Assembly: GCA_044432645.1 (NCBI GenBank)
Contig: JAWXUM010000008.1
Location: 1,056-65,055, forward strand
DNA: 64,000 bases
Source: Clostridia bacterium
Lineage (GTDB): Bacteria > Bacillota > Clostridia > Oscillospirales > Acutalibacteraceae
Reading direction: 5' to 3'
A program made the position numbers and the translations under genes. Under the pieces are notes generated by a model, which did no database searches, was not told where the DNA came from, and saw nothing but the letters and a program-made list of their open reading frames with translations. Numbering within the stretch: the stretch's first letter is position 1; each line of letters starts with the position of its first letter. Below, in pieces: positions 42,785-54,083 of the stretch.

Positions 42785-43726
42785 ATGGCAAAAAGTAAGA
42801 CAGTAAAAGAATCAAAATTATTTACTAAGGATTTTAAAAATAGGTTTGTGAAGTATAGACAGTTATATTTACTTATAATTCCAGCATTGGTTTCGGTTTT
42901 TATTTTCCATTACATACCTATATATGGTGTGCAAATAGCATTTAAGGATTTCAGTTCAAGCCGTGGAATTTGGGGCAGTGAATGGGTAGGTTTCGAACAT
43001 TTTATTCGTTTTTTCGAGTATAAAGGTTTTTGGGACATTATTTGGAATACACTATCAATTAGTTTGTATGGGCTTGCACTTTTCCCACTTGGTGTAATTT
43101 TCGCCTTAATGCTTAATGAAGTAAGATACTTAAAATTAAAAAAAGCAGTTCAAATGATTACATATGCACCACACTTCGTTTCAACAGTTATTGTATGTTC
43201 ATTGGTTAAAATCTTATTAGCAAGAAGCAACGGTGTTTATAACAATATGCTTGAAATGATAGGACTAGATAGAATAGATTTCTTAGCAAGCTCTAAATTA
43301 TTCTCTTCAATATTTGTGTGGAGCAGTGAGTGGACTAACTTAGGTTGGAGTACAATTATATTTATATCAGCACTAGCAGCAGTTTCACCAGACCTTCAAG
43401 AATCTGCCCAAATAGATGGAGCAAGCAGATGGGATATTATTTGGCATATTAACGTGCCAACAATTTTACCTACAATTATGATTATGTTAATTTTAAAATC
43501 TGGTAATTTAATGAGCGTTGGTTTCGAGAAAATCTTCCTACTACAAAATCCTCTTAACTTAGAAGCTTCTACGGTTTTATCCACTTATGTTTACGACATT
43601 GGTATCGTTGGTGGTCAGTTCAGTTATTCAACGGCAATTGGTTTATTTAATAATGTTGTCGAACTGATTTTAGTTTTAATTGTTAATCAAATAAGTAAAA
43701 AATTAACAAATACAAGTATGTGGTAA
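42785..43726 (+). CDS. Sugar ABC transporter permease (LplB/YteP-like)
   Basis: EAA-type loop ESAQIDGASRWDIIWHINVP. Start moved to MAKSKTV. Confidence 0.85.
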   Translation: MAKSKTVKESKLFTKDFKNRFVKYRQLYLLIIPALVSVFIFHYIPIYGVQIAFKDFSSSRGIWGSEWVGFEHFIRFFEYKGFWDIIWNTLSISLYGLALFPLGVIFALMLNEVRYLKLKKAVQMITYAPHFVSTVIVCSLVKILLARSNGVYNNMLEMIGLDRIDFLASSKLFSSIFVWSSEWTNLGWSTIIFISALAAVSPDLQESAQIDGASRWDIIWHINVPTILPTIMIMLILKSGNLMSVGFEKIFLLQNPLNLEASTVLSTYVYDIGIVGGQFSYSTAIGLFNNVVELILVLIVNQISKKLTNTSMW

Positions 43727-43741
43727 GGGAGGAGAAAAATA

Positions 43742-44662
43742 ATGACAGCAAAAAATGCAATTAAAAAAAGCAACGGAGATAAAATTTTCGATATAGTAAA
43801 TATAACTTTACTTATTATTATAACAATAGTAGTGGCGTATCCTTTATATTTTACAATTATAGCATCTCTTTCAAACCCAGCAGAAGTATCGGCGGGAACT
43901 GTAATGTTTACTCCAGTAGATTTTTGTCTGGATGCATACAAATACGTTTTTCAAGATGATCGAATTTGGTCTGGTTATGCGAATAGCATATTCTATACTT
44001 CACTATCAACGCTATACTGTTTGTGCTTAACAATTCCAGCAGCATATGTTTTATCAAAGAAAGATATTCCATTTCGTTGGCCTATGATGGTATTCTTCCT
44101 AATTACAATGTACTTCAGTGGTGGTATGATTCCAAGTTATATCAACATTTCAAATTTAGGTCTTATAGATACACCATGGGTAATGATTCTTGGAATTGGT
44201 GTAACTTGCAGAAACTTAATTATTTCACGTCAATATTTTTCAAGCAGTGTTCCAAATGAAGTTTACGAGGCAGCAGCAATTGATGGCGCTTCACAAATTA
44301 AATCATTCATTAAAATAGCATTACCACTAGCAAAACCAATTATCGCTGTTATGGCTTTATATTATGCAGTAAACGACTGGAATACATATATGCGTGGTAT
44401 GCTTTATTTAAAAGATAGCGATTTATACCCACTACAAGTTGTAATCAGAAATATCTTAATCGAAAATCAAGTTTCAGATGTAGATTTATCCAGTGGGTCA
44501 TTTACACAAGCAGATGTAGATCTTTTGATTTACAAAGACCAACTTGTTGAGGCTATGAGGTATTCAACAATCTTTATTTCTAGTGCACCACTACTAATTG
44601 CATATCCTTTTGTACAAAAATTCTTTGTAAAAGGTGTAATGGTTGGTTCAGTAAAAGGTTAA
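43742..44662 (+). CDS. Sugar ABC transporter permease (LplC/YtcP-like)
   Basis: EAAAIDGASQIKSFIKIALP loop, 6 TM helices. Confidence 0.85.
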   Translation: MTAKNAIKKSNGDKIFDIVNITLLIIITIVVAYPLYFTIIASLSNPAEVSAGTVMFTPVDFCLDAYKYVFQDDRIWSGYANSIFYTSLSTLYCLCLTIPAAYVLSKKDIPFRWPMMVFFLITMYFSGGMIPSYINISNLGLIDTPWVMILGIGVTCRNLIISRQYFSSSVPNEVYEAAAIDGASQIKSFIKIALPLAKPIIAVMALYYAVNDWNTYMRGMLYLKDSDLYPLQVVIRNILIENQVSDVDLSSGSFTQADVDLLIYKDQLVEAMRYSTIFISSAPLLIAYPFVQKFFVKGVMVGSVKG

Positions 44663-44702
44663 AGGTTGAAAAATAATATTAACAAACAGAAAGGGAGAAA
44701 TT

Positions 44703-46448
44703 ATGAAAACAAGAATTTTGGCAGCGGTACTTGCAGGAGCTATGTTATTTGGATTAGTAGCTTGTAGTAGTAGTGCAACAGAAGAATCAACGGCAAGTTC
44801 AACAAGCAGTTCAGCAGACAGCTCAGAAGAAGAAGTGGAGGAATCAATTTACCCTGATTACTTGAATATGGAATCAGACACTCCTATGGTAGTAGACGGA
44901 GAACAAATTACACTTAAAATCATGCTTAATGTTGGTACTTATACAACTAAATCAGATATTTGGTTTTGGGAGTATTTAGAGCAAGAGCATAATATCATTA
45001 TTGAATTAGAAGAAGTTTTAGATGTAAACGCAGCAGAACAAAAAAACTTAGCATTCAGTGCTGGTACAGATGTTGATATCTTTATGAAAATGTCATTCTC
45101 AACAACTGAACTTGTAAACTACGGTGTTGGTGAAGGTCAAATATTGGATATGAATGAATATATTAGTGAAGAGCTTACTCCTAATTTATTAGCACTTATG
45201 GATACAACTGATGGTTTAGAAGCAGCACTTACAGCAACAGATGGTGGTATTTATTCAACAGGTGCTGTATCTGGTAAAACATATAGCGATGGTGCTCAAA
45301 CTGGTTCAATTTCTGACTTCAGATATAACGATGCTTGGTTACAAGAGTTAGGCATGGACATTCCAGAAACAGTAGACGAATTTTTAGATGTATTACGTGG
45401 CTATGCAACACTTGGCGATGACATCATTCCTTTTGGTGGAAGCTGGGAATGGGATAACGGTATGCAAGTATTCGCTACAGCAGTTGGCGTAGTAACAAGA
45501 CAAGGTGTAAATTCCTTTATAAACCCAACTTATTATAACGATGAAGCTTCATTCATTTATGGTAACCAAGATGTATACCAACAAATTCTTGAATGGTATA
45601 ACACTATGTATGAAGAAGGCTTAATATCACAAGATTTCTTTACACTAGACACATCTGCAACACAAGCTCTTGGCAAAACTGGCGTATTCGGTGTTCTATC
45701 AAACACAACATCTGAATATCTTGGCGAAAACTTTACAGATTACTTAACACTTGAGCCACTTGTAAGCGATTTAAATGACACACAAATTTGGGGCGACTCA
45801 ACAGGATATATTACAATAGGTTCATTTGTAATAAATGCCGAAACTGAATACCCTGAACTTTGTGTTCGTTTTATGGATTTCTTCTATGATGCAGAAAATG
45901 CAGTTCTTGCTCAATTCGGACCAAACGCAATATCACAATCAGATATCCTTTACGACATGACACAAGGTTGGACAATAGACGAAGACCATGTTTATGGTTA
46001 TTTAGATGTTGCTGATGGAACTTTTACTGGCACTAATAATGATTATAAATTAGGTTATATTTCAGCTGCAGCACAATTTGTTGGATATTTCCCAAGTAGT
46101 TTAGAAATTCAATCAAATGTTCAAGGCACATTTGAATACGAAGAAATAGCGCTTGATTTAACAACAACAAATGGTGTCAGAAGACAAGGTAACTGGGATA
46201 ATCTTGTACCATATGTAGTCGATCCTTACCCAACAATTACATATTTCTCTGAAGAGGAAAGTGAAATTATTGCCGATAATGGTACTGTTATAAATACTTT
46301 CGCAACAGTTGAATTTGCAAAATTTGTAACTGGTGAACGTGAAATTACAGACGAAGAAATGGCTTTATATTTCGAAGAACTTGACGCTTTAGGATACCAA
46401 GAATACTTAGCAGTATATGTAGCTTATGATGAAGAATATTTTCAATAA
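44703..46448 (+). CDS. Extracellular solute-binding lipoprotein (LplA-like, large type)
   Basis: Signal peptide with lipobox LVAC, Ser/Glu-rich linker, 581 aa. Confidence 0.85.
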   Translation: MKTRILAAVLAGAMLFGLVACSSSATEESTASSTSSSADSSEEEVEESIYPDYLNMESDTPMVVDGEQITLKIMLNVGTYTTKSDIWFWEYLEQEHNIIIELEEVLDVNAAEQKNLAFSAGTDVDIFMKMSFSTTELVNYGVGEGQILDMNEYISEELTPNLLALMDTTDGLEAALTATDGGIYSTGAVSGKTYSDGAQTGSISDFRYNDAWLQELGMDIPETVDEFLDVLRGYATLGDDIIPFGGSWEWDNGMQVFATAVGVVTRQGVNSFINPTYYNDEASFIYGNQDVYQQILEWYNTMYEEGLISQDFFTLDTSATQALGKTGVFGVLSNTTSEYLGENFTDYLTLEPLVSDLNDTQIWGDSTGYITIGSFVINAETEYPELCVRFMDFFYDAENAVLAQFGPNAISQSDILYDMTQGWTIDEDHVYGYLDVADGTFTGTNNDYKLGYISAAAQFVGYFPSSLEIQSNVQGTFEYEEIALDLTTTNGVRRQGNWDNLVPYVVDPYPTITYFSEEESEIIADNGTVINTFATVEFAKFVTGEREITDEEMALYFEELDALGYQEYLAVYVAYDEEYFQ

Positions 46449-46466
46449 AAAATAGTTAATTAACAC

Positions 46467-46496
46467 TCAGCCGTCGCCATTATGGTTGACGGCTGA
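46467..46496 (+). terminator. Hairpin after the binding-protein gene (weak T-run)
   Basis: TCAGCCGTC / GACGGCTGA stem. Confidence 0.4.
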
Positions 46497-46634
46497 ACGT
46501 TATAAATTTAATAATGTAGCAAAAAATATTTTAAAATGAATAAAATGAGAATGTTTTGTTAAAAAAACTTGACACATATGCCTAAAAAGAATTAAAATGA
46601 ATTAATAACAGTTACAAGAAAAGGGGCATATATA

Positions 46635-48686
46635 ATGAAAAGAAAAGTAAAAAAAGGTTTGTTAAGAAACTATATCATTACTTATGTATCAATTACAATT
46701 TTAACTTTTGTTTCGGCAAGTATATTACTATTGTTTTTTGCAAGTAATAATTTAACAAAAGTGATGAATGGTGTTACAGAAAACAGTTTGGATACTTTTG
46801 TAGATGATTTAGTTGAAAAAATTGAAATATTTGGAAATATTTCTGCTGAAATTTCTTTTGAAAAAGATTTTGGTGTAGATGTTATTTTAGAAAATAATTC
46901 AGTTAAACTGCTAGAAGTTCTGGAAATTTTTTCAAGCTATTCACGAAATTTACCTTTTGATAGTGAGTTTTTTTTGAAATATTCCGAGAGCGATAAAATA
47001 TTATTATCAAGTGGTTATCTCAGCTATTTTTCAGTATATAAACAAAGCGAATGGTCGCAAGAGGATAAAATTCTTATTGAAAACACAGTTGAAAATTCAA
47101 CCGATTCAAATGTAATAAAATTATCTAACAATGACTATTTGTTTGTTTTCAATTGCCAAATTTCAAAATATTCAATAAACCCTACAGATGCAAACCTTTG
47201 TTTTATTATTCCAGAATCAAAATTACAACAATACGCACAGGATAATTACGGCATTGAAAGCCAAGAACTTAGCATTATTTTTGGGGAAAATGTGTTTTAT
47301 TCAGGTGATATTGTTTTGCCAAGCGAAACACTTTATGCAGTTGACGATAACGACAGCGTTCTATTATATTTGCCAATCAGTTCAACTGAAAATTATTTTC
47401 AAGAATTTTTAGGAGAAGTAATACTATACTTTATGGTGCCATTGCTTGTGTTAATGTTGTTAATTAGCTATTTGCTTGCATATAAAAATTATAAGCCAAT
47501 TAAAAAAATTGTTTCTCAATATAGTTCAAGTTTGTTGGAAAACAACGGCGAAATTGCCTTAATCGATAATATATTAACACAAAACAGCAGGTTAATTAAA
47601 GAACAAGAGATTTTGATTGTAAGAAAATTATTGTCATTGATAATAAGTGGTGACAGTTCAGCTGATGTATGTAATTTATTAAAAGAATATAACTTGGAAA
47701 TAGATGAGATGCATTATTATTTTATATCAGCAGTTACTATCGATGAAATTCCGATAAATAATAATTTTGATAATATCATTGAAGAAATAGATTATATATC
47801 TTCAGGAAATTCAAGTTTGTATTTTATCAGAAAAAGCAAAAACGGAAAGCTGATTTTCTTTGTGACGTTTGATGACATAGACCAAAAAGTCTTTTTGTTA
47901 AAAAAAGTAAACGATATATTTTCTTCAAATGGATTATCATGTACGCTTAATAACGGCAACACTTATTCAGAACTTTCATTCATGCAAACTTCTTTTTATG
48001 AAGCTACATATGGTGGGGCAGAAGTTGAAAATAGTTCCTTGAGTAATGAACAAATTGACATTGTTTCGATAGCAAAAAATTACATTAAAAATGGTGATTA
48101 TGAAAATGCAATTTCAATATTTCTTAAAGGCGAGAAAATTGAACAATTCGAAACTCTTCCAAGTTTAGTTCAACGTTATATCGTTGCAGATATTTCGGTT
48201 AATTTAACAAGGCTTTACAATGCATTTGGAATAAGCCTTAAAAACAGAACAGTTGCAGTTTTGTTGTGTGCAACCGATTATAAAACTATTGTAGAACAAG
48301 TAACACTAATAGTTGACAATTGCAAAATAATTGAACCAACTTCGGAAAATAAAGAAATTAGCGAAAAAATGAAAAGCATATTAAAGTATATTGATGAAAA
48401 TGTGTTGAATAACGATATGTCACTTTCATCTATGTCTGAATATTTTAATTCGCACCCAAATACAATATCATTATTATTTAAAAAAGAACTTAAAATGTCC
48501 TATAAAGATTATGTAATGCATTTAAGAATAGAAAGAGCAAAAACATTGCTTGTCGAAAACGAATACAGTGTATCACAAATATGCGAAATGGTTGGATATG
48601 CTAACCCTTCTCACTTTGTAAAAGTGTTCAAAGAAAACACAGGGGTAACGCCAAATATTTATCGAAAAAGCATTGTTAACGACTAA
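46635..48686 (+). CDS. Membrane-anchored AraC-type regulator with a large extracytoplasmic/sensor region
   Basis: 683 aa. Two TM helices bracket about 230 aa. C-terminal AraC HTH (GYANPSHFVKVFKENTGVTPNIYRK). Confidence 0.75.
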   Translation: MKRKVKKGLLRNYIITYVSITILTFVSASILLLFFASNNLTKVMNGVTENSLDTFVDDLVEKIEIFGNISAEISFEKDFGVDVILENNSVKLLEVLEIFSSYSRNLPFDSEFFLKYSESDKILLSSGYLSYFSVYKQSEWSQEDKILIENTVENSTDSNVIKLSNNDYLFVFNCQISKYSINPTDANLCFIIPESKLQQYAQDNYGIESQELSIIFGENVFYSGDIVLPSETLYAVDDNDSVLLYLPISSTENYFQEFLGEVILYFMVPLLVLMLLISYLLAYKNYKPIKKIVSQYSSSLLENNGEIALIDNILTQNSRLIKEQEILIVRKLLSLIISGDSSADVCNLLKEYNLEIDEMHYYFISAVTIDEIPINNNFDNIIEEIDYISSGNSSLYFIRKSKNGKLIFFVTFDDIDQKVFLLKKVNDIFSSNGLSCTLNNGNTYSELSFMQTSFYEATYGGAEVENSSLSNEQIDIVSIAKNYIKNGDYENAISIFLKGEKIEQFETLPSLVQRYIVADISVNLTRLYNAFGISLKNRTVAVLLCATDYKTIVEQVTLIVDNCKIIEPTSENKEISEKMKSILKYIDENVLNNDMSLSSMSEYFNSHPNTISLLFKKELKMSYKDYVMHLRIERAKTLLVENEYSVSQICEMVGYANPSHFVKVFKENTGVTPNIYRKSIVND

Positions 48687-48698
48687 AAGGGGGATATT

Positions 48699-50162
48699 AT
48701 GAAAAATATCATAATGTTTATGGTAGACCAACTTTCTGCAAAATGGTTAGAAATTGCCATTAAAGATGAAGTTTGCCCATTGCCAAATATAAAAAATTTA
48801 ATGGAAAACGGAACTTATTTTTCTAAAGCAATAAGCAACAACCCAGTTTGTTGCCCAGCAAGAGCTACAATTGCGACTGGTTTGACAGATAGAAAACACG
48901 CTGTAATAGAAAATTTTATTGAGTTAGATACATCGTTAGATACATTTATGAAACAGCTTCAAAAAAATAATTATACAACAGGTGCATTTGGTAAATTACA
49001 TTTTATCTCGCATTCAGTAACATTACACCCTCAAAACGAGGTTTACGGATTTGACGTAACTCATATTACAGAAGATGACCGTGGTGGTGAATGGCTCGAT
49101 TGGATAATTGAAGAACACCCTGAGTATTTAGATGATGTTTTAGCGACTATTTGGAACAGCAGTAACGAAGAATTTAAGTGTTACGGTAAAGATAAATTAA
49201 ACTTGACAGATAGAATTGCAAAAATTCGCAAGAGTTACGACTGGAAAACTGAAAACTGCCCATTAAACACTCAAGCTTCATACACTCATAAATTTCCTAA
49301 AGAATTAAGCCAAACAGAATGGATAACTTCAAAGGCTTTAGACTTTTTGAGCGACGAGTCTATTAAAAGCCCAATTTTCACCCAAATAAGCTATGTTCAA
49401 CCACATGGACCAAGAAATTTACCAGAGGAGTATTTGCAATATGTTGATGAAAGCAAGTTGCCAATACCCGCAGAAACTGAATGGTTAACAGACGAAAACA
49501 CACCAAATTATTATAAAGAAATTAAAGAAAATACTAAAAATAACAAGATGTACGACCGTAAATGTTATTTTGCAGATTTGGTGCATTTAGATGAGCAATT
49601 AGGAAAAGTTGTTCAAAAGTTAAAAGATACAAATAGATTTAAGGAAAGTGTCATTGTCTTTTTGGCAGACCATGGCGATTTATTAGGCGACCATGGAGCT
49701 TATGGCAAAGGTAATAAACATTATGACGCTTGTATAAGAATACCATTAATTATATCAGGTGCTGGATTGGGCAAAAGAAAAATTCACGACGGTTTTGTTC
49801 AGCACGAGGATATTTGCCCAACAATGCTAGAGCTTGGTGAATGTGAAAGTGATAGAGAATTTTATGGTAAATCTTTAGTTGGAATTTGTAAAGGCACAGA
49901 CACAACAAGCAGAAATTATGCGTACACAGAAAGTTACAGTGGTGCAAGAGCATCAGGTTATGCAAACTGGTGTAAAACTATTCTTGACCATCAATTTAGG
50001 TATACTTATTATGCTGATTTTTCAGGCGAACAATTGTTTGATTTAAAAAATGATGTGAACGAGCAAACTAATTTAGCTAAAGATGAAAAATATGCTGAAA
50101 TTAAACAAAATTTAAAAAATGTTTTATTGGAATATATTGTAAAACAAGATAATTCAAAATAA
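48699..50162 (+). CDS. Sulfatase (Cys-type), no signal peptide
   Basis: NNPVCCPARATIATG (CxPxR). 487 aa. Confidence 0.9.
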   Translation: MKNIIMFMVDQLSAKWLEIAIKDEVCPLPNIKNLMENGTYFSKAISNNPVCCPARATIATGLTDRKHAVIENFIELDTSLDTFMKQLQKNNYTTGAFGKLHFISHSVTLHPQNEVYGFDVTHITEDDRGGEWLDWIIEEHPEYLDDVLATIWNSSNEEFKCYGKDKLNLTDRIAKIRKSYDWKTENCPLNTQASYTHKFPKELSQTEWITSKALDFLSDESIKSPIFTQISYVQPHGPRNLPEEYLQYVDESKLPIPAETEWLTDENTPNYYKEIKENTKNNKMYDRKCYFADLVHLDEQLGKVVQKLKDTNRFKESVIVFLADHGDLLGDHGAYGKGNKHYDACIRIPLIISGAGLGKRKIHDGFVQHEDICPTMLELGECESDREFYGKSLVGICKGTDTTSRNYAYTESYSGARASGYANWCKTILDHQFRYTYYADFSGEQLFDLKNDVNEQTNLAKDEKYAEIKQNLKNVLLEYIVKQDNSK

Positions 50163-50182
50163 TAAAATTAAAAGGTGAAATT

Positions 50183-51055
50183 ATGAAATTAGAATACTCA
50201 AACCTCATAGGTTTAGAAATAGATATGAACATGACAAGACGTGATCCAAGTCCAGTTGTGAAAATTGATGGAACATATTATGTGTACTATTCAAAATGTG
50301 AAGCAATAAATGGTTATGCAGCAACAATTTGGGCAGCATCTTCTAAAGACGGAGAAACTTGGCAAGAAGAAAACATGGTTATTGGAAAAGGTGAAGCTGG
50401 TGATTTCGATGCCGGCGGCGTATTTACACCAACAACATTAATTACAGACGGATATATTTACTTAACTTACACCTCGGTTAGAGATGATTTTGTCAACACA
50501 AGCACTGAAGCTGAGGGATTGACAAGGGTTGGCTTAGTGAAATCAAAAAATCCACTTGGCCCATTCGAAAGAATTCACAAAGAACCAATTTTAGTGACTG
50601 GCGAAGCACCAGCTTTTGACAGCCACAGGGTGGACGATACTTGCATTATCAAACACGACAATAAATATTTCATGTACTATAAAGGTAGACAAATCGGTTT
50701 AGGGCAAAAAGAAACAAAAATGGGTTTAGCTATTGCAGAAAAACCAGAAGGCCCCTATGTCAAATACGAGAACAACCCTGTTCAAATGGGTGGTCATGAA
50801 GTTTGTGTTTACCCTTCAAGAGGTGGATTTATCTCTCTTGTTACAGGTTGGAGCGATATTGCGAATACATACAGATACAGCAAAGACGGCATTCATTTCG
50901 AAAAATTAGGAGATATTCAAATTGACCAATCCATGGGACCATATAGGGAAGATGGATATGAAAACAATAAAGATTTCGATTTAAAATGGGGTGTTTTTCA
51001 CGATTATGTTGAAAAAAGACCATATTTGAGAAGATTTGACGTAGTGGAAATGTAG
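50183..51055 (+). CDS. Five-bladed beta-propeller glycoside hydrolase (GH43/GH117-like)
   Basis: RDPSPVVKIDGTYYVYYS, FMYYKG and GGHE motifs. The family call is tentative. Confidence 0.5.
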   Translation: MKLEYSNLIGLEIDMNMTRRDPSPVVKIDGTYYVYYSKCEAINGYAATIWAASSKDGETWQEENMVIGKGEAGDFDAGGVFTPTTLITDGYIYLTYTSVRDDFVNTSTEAEGLTRVGLVKSKNPLGPFERIHKEPILVTGEAPAFDSHRVDDTCIIKHDNKYFMYYKGRQIGLGQKETKMGLAIAEKPEGPYVKYENNPVQMGGHEVCVYPSRGGFISLVTGWSDIANTYRYSKDGIHFEKLGDIQIDQSMGPYREDGYENNKDFDLKWGVFHDYVEKRPYLRRFDVVEM

Positions 51056-51064
51056 TATATATTG

Positions 51065-51095
51065 AAAATCCACTGATTTTATTGGTGGATTTTTT
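51065..51095 (+). terminator. Intra-locus terminator or attenuator
   Basis: AAAATCCAC / GTGGATTTT stem plus T-run. Confidence 0.6.
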
Positions 51096-51111
51096 CAATT
51101 ATGGGGGATAA

Positions 51112-52644
51112 ATGGGAAAAAAGAAAAATTTGTTGGTGATTTGTAGTGATGAACATAATGGTAAAATATTAGGCTGTTTAAATCATCCCTTTGTTAAAAC
51201 ACCAAATTTGGATAAACTAGCAAGTCAAGGAACTTGTTTCACAAATGCGTATTGCAATTCGCCCGTTTGCACACCGAGCCGAATGAGCTTTATAACAGGA
51301 AAATACACACATCAAATATCAAGTTGGCACATGGGAATGGCACTTGACGAGAAAGAGATGACATGGGCAAAAAAACTTTCTGATAACGGAATAAAATCCA
51401 CAATGCTAGGCAAAATGGATTTTTGTGGACCTTATCAAAGTGGTGGGTTTTCAGACTATAAAATAATTCAAAGAAGACAACAATGGAAAGAAGTTCCATG
51501 CAAAATACCTTTTAATGCAAGGCTAAAAGGCTACACAAGAAAAGACAAAAGAGCACATATATTAAACGCTGGAATACGAGAAGATGTTGTTACAGATGGC
51601 AAAAATGGTTCAAAAGATACCCTCGGTTATTATGACCACGACAGAATTGTGACACAATGGGCAATAGATTATTTAAAAGAAAAAATAAGCAGTAACCAAC
51701 CTTGGGCGTTATATGTTGGATTGCTCTATCCACACTGGCCATTTTGCGTGCCAAAAAAATATTTTGATATGTATTACAAAAATGTAGACTTACCGATTGA
51801 TATGAACTTAGATAATCCAAATTTACACCCATTGTTAAAAGAATTGCAAGTTTCAATGCAGTTAGATGGCATTACGAACGAGCAAGTTCGCACAGCAGTG
51901 GCTACATACTACGGCATGATTACTTGTATGGACGACATGGTTGGCGAAATTTTAAATCAACTTGAAATTCAAGGTTTAACAGAAAATACAAATATAATTT
52001 ACACAAGCGACCACGGTGAATTAATCGGTGAACACGGTTTATTCTATAAGCAATGCCCTTACGATGGTTCTTCGAAAATTCCACTGATTATTAAAGGCGA
52101 GGAATTTTTGGCAAATAAAAAAAACGACACAATTGTAAGTCTTGTGGATATGTACCCAACCATAATGGAAATGTTTGGTTTGGAGTGTGAAAGCGACAGA
52201 GTAGGGCAAAGTTGGTTGCCTTTATTAAATGGCGAAAAAAGAGAAAATCAATATGCTTTTTCAGAATACCACGGAAATTTTTTCACACAGGATTGGTATA
52301 TGTTAAGAGATGAAAAATATAAATACATACATTATCAAAACAGAAGAGCATCACTTTTTGACATGAAAAACGACCCTGACGAAATGAACGATTTAGTCGT
52401 TAATTCAACAGTAGAAAGCGATATAATTATAGAAAAAATGGAAAAAGCTTTGCAAAAAATAGCAAACACTGAAGAAGTTTCACTAAAAGCAAAAACAGAT
52501 TTAGGTTTAATAGGTGAAAACGGTGAAGATTACACAGAAACACTTTCTTATGAAGAATTTTCAACTTGGGAAATTTCTAAGAAAGAATATACAATTAAAA
52601 ACCAATTAAGGGCAGTTAACGGAATTTTCGAAAATGAACATTAA
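51112..52644 (+). CDS. Sulfatase (Cys-type), no signal peptide
   Basis: CNSPVCTPSRMSFITGK. 510 aa. Confidence 0.9.
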   Translation: MGKKKNLLVICSDEHNGKILGCLNHPFVKTPNLDKLASQGTCFTNAYCNSPVCTPSRMSFITGKYTHQISSWHMGMALDEKEMTWAKKLSDNGIKSTMLGKMDFCGPYQSGGFSDYKIIQRRQQWKEVPCKIPFNARLKGYTRKDKRAHILNAGIREDVVTDGKNGSKDTLGYYDHDRIVTQWAIDYLKEKISSNQPWALYVGLLYPHWPFCVPKKYFDMYYKNVDLPIDMNLDNPNLHPLLKELQVSMQLDGITNEQVRTAVATYYGMITCMDDMVGEILNQLEIQGLTENTNIIYTSDHGELIGEHGLFYKQCPYDGSSKIPLIIKGEEFLANKKNDTIVSLVDMYPTIMEMFGLECESDRVGQSWLPLLNGEKRENQYAFSEYHGNFFTQDWYMLRDEKYKYIHYQNRRASLFDMKNDPDEMNDLVVNSTVESDIIIEKMEKALQKIANTEEVSLKAKTDLGLIGENGEDYTETLSYEEFSTWEISKKEYTIKNQLRAVNGIFENEH

Positions 52645-52655
52645 AGGAGAAAAAT

Positions 52656-54068
52656 ATGAATAAGAAACCGAATATAATTTTGATAAATGTAGATGATATG
52701 GGTTATTCTGACGTAGGTTGTTATGGTTCAAAACTAAACAAAACACCTTGTATAGATAAAATGGCGAAAGACGGAATGATGTTTACGGACTTTTACGCTG
52801 GTGCTTCTGTGTGCAGTCCTTCACGAGCAGGTATGCTTACAGGTTGTTATCCAAAAAGAATTGGTTGCCAACAATTTAAATTTTACAACAGAAAAGTTGA
52901 TGAAGAAAACCCGATAGACACTTGTGTGGTGCTTCTTCCTGGGCAACCAGAAGGGCTAAACCCAAGCGAAACCACACTTGCTGACATCGCCAAAAAAGGT
53001 GGTTATTCCACAAAATTAGTCGGTAAATGGCATTTGGGCGACCAAGAAGAATTTTCACCACTTAACTATGGCTTTGACGAATTTTTAGGTTTGCCATACA
53101 GCAACGACTTAGGAATTATGACACCAGACAAACCAAAACATATTGAAAATAAAATTGATTATTACCCATTACCACTGATGAACGGCAAGGAAGTAATTGC
53201 TGAACAACCAGATATCGCATCAATAACAGAGCTATACACAAACACAGCAACACAATATATTCGTGATAATAAGGATAACCCTTTCTTTTTATACTTTTCA
53301 CATACATATGTTCATGTTCCACTTTTTGTAAACCAACATTTTATGAAATATTCAGAAAACGGAGCATTAGGTGCAGCAATGGCGGCGATAGACTGGAGCT
53401 TAGCAGAAATTTTGTATGAACTTAAACGTTGCAATATTGAAGAAAACACAATTGTAATGTTTGTGTCCGACAATGGTGGTGGCAAAAAAGGCAACAACTG
53501 TAATTACCCACTAAAAGGTTTTAAAGGTAACATTTACGAGGGTGGTCACAGGGTTAATTGCATTATGAAATGGCCTGAAAAAATTAAGGCTAATACAGTG
53601 TGCAAAGAAGTGACTTCAATGTACGACTTCTTCCCAACTTTTGAAGAATTAGTCGGTGTTAAAATGGAGGATAACCTTAAACGTGACGGTTATTCAATGT
53701 TGCCATTTTTTGAAAATCCTGAAACTGCAAAAACAAAATACGAAGCTTTCTATTATTATCGTGAAAATAGACTTGAGGCTGTTCGTGTTGGAGATTATAA
53801 ATATTTAATACGATTAAACGAACTTTACAACCTTGCAAACGATATTGGCGAGGAAAATAATATAATCGAAAATCACCCAGAAGTTGTAACTTTACTAAAA
53901 GAATACGCACAAAAAGCACGAGAGGATATGGGCGATGAACTGACAAACATAGTTGGCAAAAATTGCCGTGAAATTGGTTTTGTTAAAGATTATAAACCAC
54001 TTACAACATTCGATGCAAACAAGCCATACTTAATCCCAATGTACGATTTAGACGGAGCAATAAACTGA
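52656..54068 (+). CDS. Sulfatase (Cys-type), no signal peptide
   Basis: NVDDMGYSD and GASVCSPSRAGMLTG. Confidence 0.9.
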   Translation: MNKKPNIILINVDDMGYSDVGCYGSKLNKTPCIDKMAKDGMMFTDFYAGASVCSPSRAGMLTGCYPKRIGCQQFKFYNRKVDEENPIDTCVVLLPGQPEGLNPSETTLADIAKKGGYSTKLVGKWHLGDQEEFSPLNYGFDEFLGLPYSNDLGIMTPDKPKHIENKIDYYPLPLMNGKEVIAEQPDIASITELYTNTATQYIRDNKDNPFFLYFSHTYVHVPLFVNQHFMKYSENGALGAAMAAIDWSLAEILYELKRCNIEENTIVMFVSDNGGGKKGNNCNYPLKGFKGNIYEGGHRVNCIMKWPEKIKANTVCKEVTSMYDFFPTFEELVGVKMEDNLKRDGYSMLPFFENPETAKTKYEAFYYYRENRLEAVRVGDYKYLIRLNELYNLANDIGEENNIIENHPEVVTLLKEYAQKAREDMGDELTNIVGKNCREIGFVKDYKPLTTFDANKPYLIPMYDLDGAIN

Positions 54069-54083
54069 TAAAGAGGTAATTAA